Source of the DNA: an uncultured Methanomicrobiales archaeon
GTDB lineage: Archaea > Halobacteriota > Methanomicrobia > Methanomicrobiales > Methanospirillaceae
Assembly: GCA_963758915.1 (NCBI GenBank)
Contig: CAVWXH010000015.1
Location: forward strand, 32,001 to 96,000
Direction: 5' to 3'
DNA length: 64,000 bases
How positions within the stretch are numbered: position 1 is the stretch's first letter; every line of letters starts with the position of its first letter. This document shows, piece by piece, positions 32,409 through 44,108 of this stretch. A program made the translations under genes and the position numbers. The notes below the pieces were generated by a model. That model made no database searches and was not told where the DNA came from. It saw nothing but the letters and a program-made list of their open reading frames with translations.

Positions 32409-34154
32409 ATGACAGTACAACCGGAGGCCCCGCCCTCCACTGCAGTAACCCCCGTCATACACCAGCATGACCTCATCATTATCGGGGGAGGCCTTGCAGG
32501 CCTCCGTGCTGCATATGAAGCGGTTTCTGCAGGGATCAACGTTGCGGTCATCTCAAAGGTCCATCCACTCAGGTCCCATTCAGTCGCTGCACAGGGAGGG
32601 ATCAATGCAGCCCTCGGGAATGCCGATACGACAACCCATGACAGCTGGGAGGCCCATGCCTTTGACACAGTGAAAGGGTCTGATTACCTCGCAGACCAGG
32701 ACGCAGTAGCCACCATGTGCAGGGAGGCACCGGCAGCCGTAATTGAACTTGAACACATGGGTACGGTGTTCTCACGGGATGATGCAGGTCGTATTGCACA
32801 GAGACCGTTCGGGGGTGCGGGATACCCGAGGACCTGTTATGCAGCTGACAGGACAGGTCATAACCTCCTCCACACGCTCTACCAGCAGGTCACTGCAAAG
32901 GGGGTCACTTGTTACGGGGAATATTTTGTCACCTCGCTGGTCACAGCCGGGGGTGCCTGTGCAGGGTGTACTGCCCTCTGCATGCAGGACGGGACTATTG
33001 TCGGGTTTTTTGCAAAGGCCACATTGCTTGCCACCGGGGGATTCGGGCGAATTTACGAGCGTTCAACCAATGCGCTCATCAACACCGGCGACGGACTGCA
33101 TCTCGCACTTGAAGCAGCAGTCCCCTTAAAAGACATGGAGTTTGTTCAGTTCCACCCGACATCCCTGTACGGTACCAATATCCTGATCACGGAAGGCGCA
33201 AGGGGTGAGGGCGCAGTCCTGTTGAACAAAAACGGGGAGCGTTTTATGAAAAATTACGCACCGGGTGCAATGGAACTTGCCCCACGGGACGTCGTCGCCC
33301 GGGCAATAGAGACTGAGATCCGGGAGGGGAGGGGGTTTCCCGGGGGATTTGTTCACCTTGACCTGACATCGCTTGGCGAACCATTAATTAATGAGCGTCT
33401 GCCGGGTATCCGCCAGATTTCCCTTGATTTCGCTGGAATTGATCCGGTCACCACGCCAGTACCGGTCCAACCCGCCCAGCACTATTCAATGGGGGGTGTT
33501 GATGTCGATATATCGGGGAGGACACCGTTACCGGGACTTTATGCTGCCGGGGAATGTGCATGTGTCAGTGTCCACGGGGCGAACAGGCTTGGGGGAAATT
33601 CCCTGCTTGATACCCTGGTATTTGGGAAAATCACCGCAGAGACCATCATTGGTGACCTCCCGGACCTGGATCCCGGGGGGGTCTCTCTCATCGAAAAAGC
33701 GGTTGCAGATGAGGGGCACCGGATTATCAGCAGTTTTCACCGCGGGTCAGGGGACAATATATACCAGATCCGTAACGCTCTCAAAAAAACGATGATGGAC
33801 AATTTCGGAGTATACAGGGACGGCCCTTCAATGGATGCGGGTCTTATCGAAATACTTTCACTCAGGGACCGTTGTCACCAGGCAGGTGTACCGCTCATGC
33901 AAACCCCCTATAATCTCCCGCTGGTCCATTTCCTCGAAATCACCGGCATGGTCCGGATCGCAGAAGCTGTCGCCAGGTGCGCAATTGCCCGGAATGAAAG
34001 CAGGGGTTCGCACGCAAGGAGAGATTACCCTGTACGGGACGACGATCATTTCCTCCATCATTCTCTTGCGGTACCAGACGGGGTGGGTAACCTGAAAGTC
34101 CGGATTAGTCCTGTAAACCTTGGTATGTTCCCTGTGAAGGAGCGTGTGTATTGA
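32409..34154 (+). CDS. sdhA: Succinate dehydrogenase/fumarate reductase flavoprotein subunit
   Basis: [16 protein letters not shown] (covalent-FAD His), [36 protein letters not shown]. Confidence 0.88.
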   Translation: MTVQPEAPPSTAVTPVIHQHDLIIIGGGLAGLRAAYEAVSAGINVAVISKVHPLRSHSVAAQGGINAALGNADTTTHDSWEAHAFDTVKGSDYLADQDAVATMCREAPAAVIELEHMGTVFSRDDAGRIAQRPFGGAGYPRTCYAADRTGHNLLHTLYQQVTAKGVTCYGEYFVTSLVTAGGACAGCTALCMQDGTIVGFFAKATLLATGGFGRIYERSTNALINTGDGLHLALEAAVPLKDMEFVQFHPTSLYGTNILITEGARGEGAVLLNKNGERFMKNYAPGAMELAPRDVVARAIETEIREGRGFPGGFVHLDLTSLGEPLINERLPGIRQISLDFAGIDPVTTPVPVQPAQHYSMGGVDVDISGRTPLPGLYAAGECACVSVHGANRLGGNSLLDTLVFGKITAETIIGDLPDLDPGGVSLIEKAVADEGHRIISSFHRGSGDNIYQIRNALKKTMMDNFGVYRDGPSMDAGLIEILSLRDRCHQAGVPLMQTPYNLPLVHFLEITGMVRIAEAVARCAIARNESRGSHARRDYPVRDDDHFLHHSLAVPDGVGNLKVRISPVNLGMFPVKERVY

Positions 34155-34963
34155 TGAAATTCCGCGTGTTCCGGTATACCCCGGGGGATAACGCCCCACA
34201 TTATGATGTATTTGAAACCCTTGAGATCCCGGGAATGAGCGTCCTCGCAGCACTCACTACCATCCAGGAGCAACAGGACCAGGGGTTATCATTTCGTTCA
34301 TCCTGCCGGGGTGCCGTATGCGGGGCCTGTGCCATGTTAATCAACAAGGTACCCCGGCTTGCCTGCCGAACCCAGGTTACCGGGCTGGAAGATAACAAAA
34401 ATCATGTTCCCCTGTCACCCTATCAAGCCCTTGAAGTAACAACACCATGGGATCCTGCTACCGAGGTCCTTGTCGAACCACTGCCACACCTGCCCCTGTT
34501 AAAAGACCTCGTTGTTGATATGACAGCATTTTTTAATTTCGTGCAATCTGTGGAGCCGGTATTTCACGCAGGGGAACCACTCCCGGGGAAGGAATTCCGT
34601 ATGGAACGGGATGCGGTGAGGCAACTTGAACGGTTTACAAACTGTGTGCTCTGCGGTGCCTGTTTTGGTGCATGCCCGGTAAACAGCAGGAACCCTGAGT
34701 ACCCCGGCCCTGCTGCACTTGCCACCCTGTACCGGTTCCATATTGACCCGAGGGAACATGACCCCGGTTCACGGATTCTGGCAGCAGATTCCGAATCCGG
34801 GTGGTGGGCATGTGAGTTCCATACCAATTGCACCCGTGTCTGCCCAAAAGGGGTTCCTCCAAGCGTTGCGATTGGCCGGGCGAGAAATGAACTAAAACGG
34901 AAGAGACATGAACAGGCAACAAGGGACCAGGGAGATAACGGTCCCCATGATACTGCACGTTGA
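34151..34963 (+). CDS. sdhB: Succinate dehydrogenase/fumarate reductase Fe-S subunit
   Basis: CRGAVCGAC...C (2Fe-2S), [12 protein letters not shown] (4Fe-4S), [12 protein letters not shown] (3Fe-4S type); no CCG domains. Confidence 0.88.
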   Translation: MMKFRVFRYTPGDNAPHYDVFETLEIPGMSVLAALTTIQEQQDQGLSFRSSCRGAVCGACAMLINKVPRLACRTQVTGLEDNKNHVPLSPYQALEVTTPWDPATEVLVEPLPHLPLLKDLVVDMTAFFNFVQSVEPVFHAGEPLPGKEFRMERDAVRQLERFTNCVLCGACFGACPVNSRNPEYPGPAALATLYRFHIDPREHDPGSRILAADSESGWWACEFHTNCTRVCPKGVPPSVAIGRARNELKRKRHEQATRDQGDNGPHDTAR

Positions 34964-35116
34964 TCCATCAGTCGGGCCCGGGATAATTCGTAATCCTGAA
35001 AGGCAACCCACCAGGGGTTGATATTCCTGGTCTTTGGAACGGACCGCCCGCTTATCAGAATTTAAATGGTCATCTGATTAACCAGTGGTTTCCTCTGGTT
35101 CAATCGTAAAAATAAT

Positions 35117-36469
35117 TCATCGCGGTATGAATTGCAGCCAGTCCGGGCCATCCGGACCAGTGTACCCTGGGAGAAACCGGTTAATCCAGTCAAAGAAAGC
35201 CCGCACCTGTTCATCCGCGACAGCCGGACGATAGTAGGTTGAACTGAGGGTCATGGTATCCTGGTATGTTGAAATGGAAAGAAAAAAAGCCGGAGACGGG
35301 GCATGGCACGGCAGCATGCAGGCATTTCTGACACACGGGGTGCAATGGTTTGTCAGGCCCAGGTCGATAATCCCGGTGTTAGTAACAATCGGGATCTGGT
35401 TTACATAATTTTCCGGGTCCCTGATCCGGTTGCGCAGTGTCTCCCGGGCGGCAGAAACACCGGATTGCCATAATAGTTCGGCATCAAGCGCATCTTTCAT
35501 TCCCGGGAAGTCATTCTTTTTGTTTTCCATTATTTCGTGGACAGCACGACACAGGCAGGATAACGTATCGTTCTGTTTTACCGGGATCCTGACTTCGAAT
35601 GCCGTCGAATAGTTTAGTACCGATCTCCCTGGGACCGGGTAGTACCGTCTCAGGTCAATCGTAGTAAGGAAGGAACATTCTGCCTGATCAATTCCATTCT
35701 CCATGTGTTTACAGGCCATGGCAACAACCGCAAGCAGGAGATCATTCACGGTTACCCCGAGTTCCTTACGTTTTGCATGAATGGATCTGACTCTTGGACC
35801 TGGAATTGTCATCACCGCATATGCAGGCCGGTGATCCTCGTAGGATTGTACCGGAAATCTCCACCGTTCTGTTCCTGATGAGGTTTCATCCGGCCCGGAT
35901 GGTAGATCTCCGGATGGCAGGAGCGTGGAGATCAATGGCAAATCACAGGTTAAGACACGTTTTCTACCTGTGATGGAAGAGGGGTCTTCCGGGGAGCGGT
36001 GGTACAATGCCATGATCAGCCCTGCAATATCTTTCAGTCCCCGGCCATCCATTGCAACATGACAGGCATTGATTACCAGGACGTCTCCCATTGTCTCAAT
36101 GGCCCGTATTAGGAAGACTTTAATCTGCGGACCTTCACGGGGATCGATATGTTCCGACAGGGCCTGGGAAATTGCTGAATCCAGCCCTTTTTTTTCTATA
36201 AAAGAGAAGTAATCACCAGGACAGGCAGATGTACCCAGTTCCCACCAGAGCGTGTCGTGCATCTCCACCAGCCTGCTGCTACAGACAGGTTCTGCAGTAA
36301 TTGCACCCATAATCGCCTGCTGCATCTTATTCTGGTCTAATTTCCCGTCAAAATACAGGAGCATGTGGATGACCTGGTCCGAATGTGCCCGTAAGAGTTC
36401 AGAAAAGAGATCGTAAGGGTTGACCTGTTTCCAGGGGCTTTCCTGTTGAAAATTATTCTGTGTGTCCAT
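35117..36469 (-). CDS. Stand-alone condensation-domain/CoA-dependent acyltransferase (CAT-fold)
   Basis: GPQIKV...INACHVAMDGRG (HxxxDG), GVTVNDLLLA, IDLRRY, TNTG; about 450 aa. Confidence 0.75.
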   Translation of the reverse strand: MDTQNNFQQESPWKQVNPYDLFSELLRAHSDQVIHMLLYFDGKLDQNKMQQAIMGAITAEPVCSSRLVEMHDTLWWELGTSACPGDYFSFIEKKGLDSAISQALSEHIDPREGPQIKVFLIRAIETMGDVLVINACHVAMDGRGLKDIAGLIMALYHRSPEDPSSITGRKRVLTCDLPLISTLLPSGDLPSGPDETSSGTERWRFPVQSYEDHRPAYAVMTIPGPRVRSIHAKRKELGVTVNDLLLAVVAMACKHMENGIDQAECSFLTTIDLRRYYPVPGRSVLNYSTAFEVRIPVKQNDTLSCLCRAVHEIMENKKNDFPGMKDALDAELLWQSGVSAARETLRNRIRDPENYVNQIPIVTNTGIIDLGLTNHCTPCVRNACMLPCHAPSPAFFLSISTYQDTMTLSSTYYRPAVADEQVRAFFDWINRFLPGYTGPDGPDWLQFIPR

Positions 36470-36477
36470 TTCTGCAA

Positions 36478-37683
36478 TCAGTCATGCCTGAGAGCCTCAA
36501 TCGGGTTTAAATTTGCGGCCTTTGCAGCCGGGTACAGGCCCGATAGAAGACATACACCAATACCTATCGCCATGCCATACGGCACATACAGGAGACTGGC
36601 AGGGGTGAAGAAATAATTCGTTGTCCCAATCAGCCGGACAAGGAGGTAACCACCGATAAAACTAATCAGTCCACCTATAACGGCTCCGATAGAGCCGATG
36701 ATAAATGACTCGTAAATAAACATTTTCCGTATTTCTGCCTTGGTAGTCCCGATACTTCTCAGTACACCGATCTCATTGATCCGGTCTTTGACAGACATCA
36801 TCATGACATTAAAAATACTCACCGATGCCACGAGCAGTGAAATCCCACCAAGCAGGAGGATGAATGTACTTATCTGACCGATTGTGGAATTGATAGTCAC
36901 GAGCAATGCACCCGAATCAGTAATACTGACAACCTTGACTTTTCTATTCATCTTTTTATCTATTGCTTCCTTTATAGGGGGAATATCCTTGATCGACGGG
37001 ACCAGGATATTGACCTGCTGATATTCACCCTGGTTTCCATAAACGGACGTATACCAATGATCAGGTGCGATTATCGCATTGTCAGGCATGAGATCAATAC
37101 CAAAACCCTTTGGTTCCAGGATACCCACCACCCTGACCACCTCGTTCGTCCCGGTTGACTCATCCCCTACCTTTATCCGGGTACCCACCTTGATGTCCTG
37201 GTCTTTCGCAAGCGTCGACCCGATAAGGACGCCGCTTGATGCCCCACGTAACGAGCTTCCCTCTGCAATCTCAACGAAATCTGATACTTTCTCGGGATCA
37301 AGGCCATAGATGGTAACACGCTTTTTGTCTTTTGTCCCGACCTGGACAAGATCTGACCCCGAATGAATGGGAACGACAACATTATACCCTGCAGCCTGTT
37401 CGATCTCCCTCACCTGGTTATCGGATATGAGAAGGCTCGTCGTGCCTCCCGAAGGAGGACCAAACCCCCCCCGGGAACCGGTGTCAGGAGTTATAATTAT
37501 TGAATTTGCACTGCTAGAAAGGTTGGACGAGACCGCAAGCTGGATATTAGCCCCAAGAATTCCCATTGCGGTAATTGCGACGACCCCAATGATAATTCCA
37601 AGGGCCGCAAGAAGCGATCGGGAGAAATTGAGCCTGACATTCCTGCTGGCAAGCTGGAAGAAAACATTTTTCCTATCTTTCAT
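36478..37683 (-). CDS. ABC exporter permease (MacB/FtsX-like)
   Basis: RSLLAALGIIIGV, ISLLVA...NVMMMSVKDRINEIGVLRSIG, YPAAKAANLNPIEALR. Confidence 0.9.
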   Translation of the reverse strand: MKDRKNVFFQLASRNVRLNFSRSLLAALGIIIGVVAITAMGILGANIQLAVSSNLSSSANSIIITPDTGSRGGFGPPSGGTTSLLISDNQVREIEQAAGYNVVVPIHSGSDLVQVGTKDKKRVTIYGLDPEKVSDFVEIAEGSSLRGASSGVLIGSTLAKDQDIKVGTRIKVGDESTGTNEVVRVVGILEPKGFGIDLMPDNAIIAPDHWYTSVYGNQGEYQQVNILVPSIKDIPPIKEAIDKKMNRKVKVVSITDSGALLVTINSTIGQISTFILLLGGISLLVASVSIFNVMMMSVKDRINEIGVLRSIGTTKAEIRKMFIYESFIIGSIGAVIGGLISFIGGYLLVRLIGTTNYFFTPASLLYVPYGMAIGIGVCLLSGLYPAAKAANLNPIEALRHD

Positions 37684-38372
37684 GCCGCCACTCTGCCGTC
37701 AATAATATTGATTATCCTGTGCGCAGAACGGGCGATATTGGGGTCATGGGTGACCATTACGATTGTCCGGCCCTGCTCATTAAGACCTGTCAGAATATCC
37801 ATTATCTGGGCCCCGGTAACTGAGTCGAGATTTCCCGTTGGTTCATCGCAAAGGAGCAGCGCCGGGTCATTGACAAGGGCCCGGGCTATTGCCACACGTT
37901 GCTGCTGCCCACCTGAAAGCTCACTTGGTTTATGGGTCATGAGATCGTCGCCAAGCCCGACCATCTTCATCATTTGTTCAGTCTTCCCTTCATCGTCCAT
38001 ATGACCCTGCTTCAGGATTATCGGGTATTCTGCATTTTCATACGCTGTTAGTAACGATATTAAGTTAAATTTCTGGAAAATAAACCCGATTTCATCCCTG
38101 CGTAAGAAGGTCAGTTCGTCATCAGACATGTCTTTTACATTGCGCCCGGCGAGGATCAGATCTCCTGAGGTCGGGACGTCCAGGCAACCGATCAGGTTGA
38201 GAAGGGTTGATTTTCCTGAACCCGATGGCCCCATGATGGCAACAAATTCACCTTTATTAATGTCAAACGATACCCCCTGGAGTGCAGTAACATCCCCGGC
38301 CTTGAGCTTGTAGACCTTCCTGACATCTACCAGTCGGATTACAGGTGCATCTGAAATAGAAATTCCCCTCAC
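37680..38372 (-). CDS. ABC exporter ATP-binding protein (LolD/MacB-like)
   Basis: GPSGSGKST, LSGGQQQR, DEPTGNLD, VTHD. Start placed at the GTG overlapping the upstream stop. Confidence 0.9.
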   Translation of the reverse strand: MRGISISDAPVIRLVDVRKVYKLKAGDVTALQGVSFDINKGEFVAIMGPSGSGKSTLLNLIGCLDVPTSGDLILAGRNVKDMSDDELTFLRRDEIGFIFQKFNLISLLTAYENAEYPIILKQGHMDDEGKTEQMMKMVGLGDDLMTHKPSELSGGQQQRVAIARALVNDPALLLCDEPTGNLDSVTGAQIMDILTGLNEQGRTIVMVTHDPNIARSAHRIINIIDGRVAA

Positions 38373-39583
38373 TGTTTTCTTCTTTTCGTGTACTGGTATC
38401 CGATCACAAATACGACTATGACAGCAATAATGCCAACAATTATCCATGGGATATACGACATTGAGCTGCTACTTTTTGGGGTCCTGGCCATCGAAATGTC
38501 AGCCACAGTGCTACGGCTGTAAATATTGCCATCCTGGTCTTTGTAGCTCACGATAACGGGAACTTCATCCGGGCTTTCAGGACTGACTGTCAGCTCGAAA
38601 CTGGAGAAATCGTCCGGCTTCAGTAAGCCTACTGCATAGACCTTAAACGGATCCACCGGAATTGCCGGACTGCCAGCAGTGACTGTCACTGATTTCGCAT
38701 CCTGGAGACCTGAATTTGTCACATCTCCGGTAATCCGGATATGGTTTCCGTCGGGTGAAGAAACAATATTGCTGATAACAGGGTCCGCCTGTGTTTTATC
38801 GTTATTAAACCGGATCGGGAGAATAAGTCCGACCTGGTGCGTGTTTGGTCCGTTCAGGTAAACCGCTTCAAAGTCGATATCGGCCGGACTTTTCGGGGTA
38901 ATGCTGAACGGGAGCTTAACAGTCTGACCGGGGTCCAGCGAATTTATCACAATGTTCTGGGGTATGATCTCAATATCAGATGCATTTGGGGAGACGATAA
39001 CATTTTTTATCGCATTCGTACGTAGATTGCTCAATGATAATGTAACAACACTTTTTTTCCCGGCAACAAACGTATCCGGCTTATCAGTTAGGGAAAGGAC
39101 TACAGGCGAATTTTTCACCTCCATTTTTACCGGATAGCGCAGGAATCCGGTATCCTGGAATTCCAGGGAGAATACCGGGTAATAAATACCTTCAGGAACG
39201 TCTGCTTTCACCGTGAAGGTAAAAGGTATTTTATTTCCGGCTCCAATCGACCCGACACTGTCATAGGTGGTAGTGGATAACAGCGTGATATCCCTGTCGT
39301 AAAGAGTTGCCCGGCGGATAGTAACACTCTGCGTCCCGGTATTCTGGACTACAACAGTTATGGTGCCTTCATCCCCGGTTGCGAATGTTCCGGGGTTAAC
39401 GGATACATCACTCACGGTCACCTGGGTATATGCAGGGGAAAGGGATGCGGCGGTCGATCCTGATGTATCAGTTGGGGCTGCCAGGGCTGTAAATGCCATT
39501 GCAGAAACAAGAATCAGGGCTATAGAGATTTTTAGCAGGAGTCTCCTTTCATATGAAAGTGATTCCCTGGATGTGGTTTTCAT
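38369..39583 (-). CDS. Exported S-layer-domain-like protein (COG1361-type) with C-terminal anchor
   Basis: Signal peptide, repeated beta-rich Ig-like segments (NTG, GLLKPDDFSSFEL), C-terminal TM plus KRRK. Confidence 0.75.
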   Translation of the reverse strand: MKTTSRESLSYERRLLLKISIALILVSAMAFTALAAPTDTSGSTAASLSPAYTQVTVSDVSVNPGTFATGDEGTITVVVQNTGTQSVTIRRATLYDRDITLLSTTTYDSVGSIGAGNKIPFTFTVKADVPEGIYYPVFSLEFQDTGFLRYPVKMEVKNSPVVLSLTDKPDTFVAGKKSVVTLSLSNLRTNAIKNVIVSPNASDIEIIPQNIVINSLDPGQTVKLPFSITPKSPADIDFEAVYLNGPNTHQVGLILPIRFNNDKTQADPVISNIVSSPDGNHIRITGDVTNSGLQDAKSVTVTAGSPAIPVDPFKVYAVGLLKPDDFSSFELTVSPESPDEVPVIVSYKDQDGNIYSRSTVADISMARTPKSSSSMSYIPWIIVGIIAVIVVFVIGYQYTKRRKQ

Positions 39584-40266
39584 TAGTATCCTCCTGGGGC
39601 AGAAAGGCCCACAAATGTCATGAACAGGGTATAGATGATGTAGACAATAACCGGGAGCAGAACGGTAACTGCTGCATGTTTTATCGAAAGATTCCTGGCA
39701 TATTTAATCGCGTGAATCCAGATACTCGCACTCCAGATTAGGAAGATTATTGCGATTACCGCACTTACTTTCGTGAATTCTATCATTGCCGAATCGTGCA
39801 TCAGGTGAGAGACCGCATTTTGGATAATCACCGGGTCCTGAAACGAGTTGACGACCGGGACCTGGATCATAGGAAGGTAATAAACCGCCATAATCAGTGT
39901 TACCAGGCTGCCAAAAATCTGGGGTATAAACCCGTAGCCGACAAATTCAAGGGTCCTGTTAAAAACCCCTGTACCTTTGAAGGCCATCGAAATAAGGTAA
40001 AAAACTGCTGACCCGATTAACCAGAGTAGCATCACACCGATGAAGGGCCCAACCACCGACGATACGGCAACAATCTCGCTCATTCCGGCACCTGCAGAGG
40101 CAAACATCCTGCTTGTCAGGGAGCCGACCATGTATCCGTATAAGGCACTGATTATTCCTACCACTGCAACAAACAGGAAGGGTGTTTTTAAGTCTTCTTC
40201 GGACTTGCTTTTTTCCTGGAATAATGCATCGGGCCGGGTTACCACGTCAATAATATTCTGAATCAT
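39583..40266 (-). CDS. Yip1-domain membrane protein
   Basis: VTRPDALF, FKGTGVF.RTLEFVGYGFIP; five TM segments. Start placed at MIQNII. Confidence 0.8.
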   Translation of the reverse strand: MIQNIIDVVTRPDALFQEKSKSEEDLKTPFLFVAVVGIISALYGYMVGSLTSRMFASAGAGMSEIVAVSSVVGPFIGVMLLWLIGSAVFYLISMAFKGTGVFNRTLEFVGYGFIPQIFGSLVTLIMAVYYLPMIQVPVVNSFQDPVIIQNAVSHLMHDSAMIEFTKVSAVIAIIFLIWSASIWIHAIKYARNLSIKHAAVTVLLPVIVYIIYTLFMTFVGLSAPGGY

Positions 40267-40433
40267 AAATACCAGATTATCTACATAGCTCATACATATA
40301 GGTATATAAAAGTAGGGAATGTGTTGTTTTTTTTGCGACAAACCAATAAAACGAATAAGCAATTATGTAAAAAATTGGTACTAAAAGGAATTTTCCATTG
40401 TCACTGGAGGACCTGTCCACAAAAAAAATATTA

Positions 40434-41570
40434 TCAGGTTACTGATGCCCGGATACGATGTACTGCCTTGCCGAGCTGGGCCATCGATGTCGCATATGAT
40501 AACCGTTCCCACCCGGGGGTATTGAAGGCCGTACCCGGGGTCACTGCAACATGCAGATTTTTCAGCCAGTTCTCTGCAAGTTCCATATCATCACCTTCCA
40601 CGCGGATATAGGCATAAAAAGCCCCATCTGCAGGAGCAGACTCAAATCCCATCTGTGAGAGCTCCTTCATCAGGTAATCGCGGCGCCTTGCAAATTCCTG
40701 TCTCATCATTTCAACGCATGACTGGTCACCCTTAATCGCTGCAAGCCCGCCCCACATGGCGAAACTCGTAGGGTGACTGATCGTGTGCTGCTGGACAATG
40801 GACATCCGGTTGAGAATTTCTGGTGGTGCTACTGCATAACCGAGGCGCCACCCGGTCATTGCATAGGCTTTCGAAAAACCATTCACCGTTATTGTCCGTT
40901 GGGCCATATCCCCGACCGAGGCAAGCGATACATGCTCCTTTCCGTACAATAATTTCTCATAAATTTCATCGGATAATGCGATAAGGTCGTAATCTTCACA
41001 GGTGTCCGCGATCAGACGTAGTGAACCTTTGTCAAGAACGGAACCAGACGGGTTGGACGGGGAATTGATGACGATCATCCGGGTATGGGAGGTAATCCTG
41101 TCAACCAGGGAGTCATCGACCTGGAATGTCCGCATATTCAACGGGTGGTGGACAGGTCTGCCACCTGCAATCTGCACACATGGCTCGTAACTGACCCATG
41201 AAGGGTCGAGGATTATTGCTTCATCACCACGGTCAAGGACTGCCTCCATGGCTTCGTATATAGCGTCTTTGGCACCACAGGTAACAATAACGTCCTCTTT
41301 TCTGCAGGGAACGTGGTTCTCCTTCTCAATCTTCGATGCAATTGCCTGGTTCAGTTCGGGGAGGCCATTACTTGGGGCATAGTGGGTCTCACCTCTCCGG
41401 AGGGCATTGATGCAGGCCTCTTTTATATGGTCGGGGGTATCGAAATCAGGTTCCCCGATTGAGAGGCTGATAACATCGATCCCGGCAGACTGCATCTTCT
41501 TGGCTTCATTCGAGATTGCCATCGTGGCCGATGGGGCAATGCCGGCTATCTTGCCGGATAATTCCCTCAT
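40434..41570 (-). CDS. Class I/II PLP aminotransferase (aspartate aminotransferase-like)
   Basis: [32 protein letters not shown]. Confidence 0.92.
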   Translation of the reverse strand: MRELSGKIAGIAPSATMAISNEAKKMQSAGIDVISLSIGEPDFDTPDHIKEACINALRRGETHYAPSNGLPELNQAIASKIEKENHVPCRKEDVIVTCGAKDAIYEAMEAVLDRGDEAIILDPSWVSYEPCVQIAGGRPVHHPLNMRTFQVDDSLVDRITSHTRMIVINSPSNPSGSVLDKGSLRLIADTCEDYDLIALSDEIYEKLLYGKEHVSLASVGDMAQRTITVNGFSKAYAMTGWRLGYAVAPPEILNRMSIVQQHTISHPTSFAMWGGLAAIKGDQSCVEMMRQEFARRRDYLMKELSQMGFESAPADGAFYAYIRVEGDDMELAENWLKNLHVAVTPGTAFNTPGWERLSYATSMAQLGKAVHRIRASVT

Positions 41571-41983
41571 TTCAATCTCTGGACCAGTTTGATTGCGGAT
41601 TCAACGGCTCTTTTTGCATAATCGATACGGTCATTCGCCTCGAGCCTCGTCATTCCTGGCCCGGATATACCGAGAGTTACGGGTTTTCCGAATTCAAGTG
41701 AAAGGTCGATGATCTTTCTCGCCGCGTGCTGCACAACAATCTCGTCATGCTGGGTGGACCCTTCAATCACACAACCAATCGTGACCACCGCATCGACATT
41801 TCCATCCTTCAACATCTTCTTGATGGCAAGCGGCATGTCATATGCCCCGGGGACATAGATGCATTCCGATACCTCAGCCCCAAGGAACGCGGCGTGTTCC
41901 CTGCCCTCGATCTCCATCATGTAGGTGATGTCGCGGTTGAATTCTGCGACCACAAATCCGAGTTTTATCGCCTTTTGTGCCAT
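41567..41983 (-). CDS. ribH: Lumazine synthase
   Basis: [29 protein letters not shown]. Confidence 0.93.
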   Translation of the reverse strand: MAQKAIKLGFVVAEFNRDITYMMEIEGREHAAFLGAEVSECIYVPGAYDMPLAIKKMLKDGNVDAVVTIGCVIEGSTQHDEIVVQHAARKIIDLSLEFGKPVTLGISGPGMTRLEANDRIDYAKRAVESAIKLVQRLK

Positions 41984-42043
41984 ATACTTCCTCAGCTATT
42001 GTATCTTTACTGATTATTCATAAACTGTCCCAACCCGTATATC

Positions 42044-42502
<459 letters not shown>

Positions 42503-42506
<4 letters not shown>

Positions 42507-43633
42507 CCGAGCACCTCGCAGGCGGCCTGCAGGCCGTTGCCTTCTATCTTATAACCCTGTTTCCTGAGCGCATGTTCGGTTGCGGCAAGAGTCGCAAGGA
42601 TTTCCGGTGCACCTACCGAACCCATGTTACCAATGCGGAATATCTTCCCTTTCAGGTGGTCCTGTCCACCAGCCATCTCGATCCCCATTTTCTTCACTGT
42701 TCCACGGAGATCGCTATCTTTTACGGATTCCGGTATGGTGATCGCGGTCACCGTGTTGGAATACGAATGAAGATTATCGACCTTCGGGAACAAGGCCAGG
42801 CCCCAGGCCTTTGCTGCTGCCCTTACTGCCTCTGAGAGCCTCTTGTGGCGCAGTACCCGGTTATTGAGCCCTTCCTCATCAATAATCAGGCATGCTTCCC
42901 TGAGCGCAAGGAACAGTGGGACCGCCGGCGTGTACGGGGTTTCCATCGGTGTTGATCCCGCACTTTTCCTGTATGCTGCGAGATCAAGGTAATAGGGGGG
43001 ATTCTTTGTGTACCGTTCCCAGGCACGGTTACTGACCGAAATCGCAGATAATCCTGCCGGTGCGGCAAGACATTTCTGAGACCCTACCAGTGCTACGTCA
43101 ACACCCCATGCATCCGACTCGACTGTGTCGCCTCCAATCGAGGTGATCCCATCCATGAGGAACAGGGCATCATATTTTCTTGCCAGTTTCCCTACCGCTT
43201 CGGCCGGGTTCAGTATACCAACCGAAGTTTCATTGTGTACAAGGGTGACGATCTCGGCACCGGCGCTCAGCCGCTCTTCAAGGGCAGCGAGGTCAAGTGG
43301 GGACCCCCATGGCGAACCGATTTCCGTGGCCTTCCCGTACCTTCCGGCAATTTTAAACAGGCGTTCACCGAATTTGCCGTTAACCAGGCAGGCAATTTCC
43401 TTGTCTATGCCAAAGTTGGATACGGCTGCCTCCATCGCCGCCGTGCCGGAGCCACTGATCACAAAGAGTTCGTTTTTTGTTCCGAAGCAGGTCTTAAGGA
43501 CCCGGGCACAGTCTGCATAGACCTGCCCGAATTCGGCCCCCCGGTGGTTGATGGCCTGGCGCATCATCGCATACCTGACCCGTTCCGGCATGGGAACAGG
43601 ACCCGGCAGCATCAGGAGTGGTTCTTTTTCCAT
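42503..43633 (-). CDS. Class V PLP aminotransferase (serine-pyruvate/phosphoserine aminotransferase-like)
   Basis: MLPGP, GSGTAAME, VHNETS, DGITS, GSQKCL, FRIGNMG. Confidence 0.88.
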
Positions 43634-43690
43634 TCGTTAATCAGCCCATAGTATATTAATAGAGACAAAATATAAGTTTTGATGGGATTT

Positions 43691-44077
43691 ATGGTTGAGG
43701 TTTCCATTATATCAGGTTCTGCATCAGACGCAAAAATTTCAGAGCGCGCTGCCGCAGTCCTCATCGAACACAATGTCAGTTATGATTGCTCTATCATCTC
43801 AGCACACCGGGAACCGGAGAAGCTGGATGAATTCGTGAAAAAGAGCAGTTGCAAGATCTTTATCGCAATCGCCGGTCTTTCGGCAGCTCTTCCTGGCGTG
43901 ATCGCATCAAAGACAAAAAAGCCGGTTATCGGTGTCCCGGTAAGCGGTCCCCTGCAGGGTATTGATGCACTGTTATCAATTGTCCAGATGCCAAAAGGGG
44001 TCCCGGTGGCCTGCGTCGGCATAGATAATGGTGAGAATGCGGCACTTCTTGCCGTGAGGATGCTCGCGATCAAATAA
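43691..44077 (+). CDS. purE: N5-CAIR mutase/AIR carboxylase
   Basis: [33 protein letters not shown]. Confidence 0.93.
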   Translation: MVEVSIISGSASDAKISERAAAVLIEHNVSYDCSIISAHREPEKLDEFVKKSSCKIFIAIAGLSAALPGVIASKTKKPVIGVPVSGPLQGIDALLSIVQMPKGVPVACVGIDNGENAALLAVRMLAIK

Positions 44078-44108
44078 AATAGGAAACGCCGGGAAACCTA
44101 CTCAATAA

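Noticed and set aside
38340-38372. ATT start codon for the ABC ATPase
   Set aside because: An in-frame GTG overlapping the upstream stop gives a conventional coupled start.
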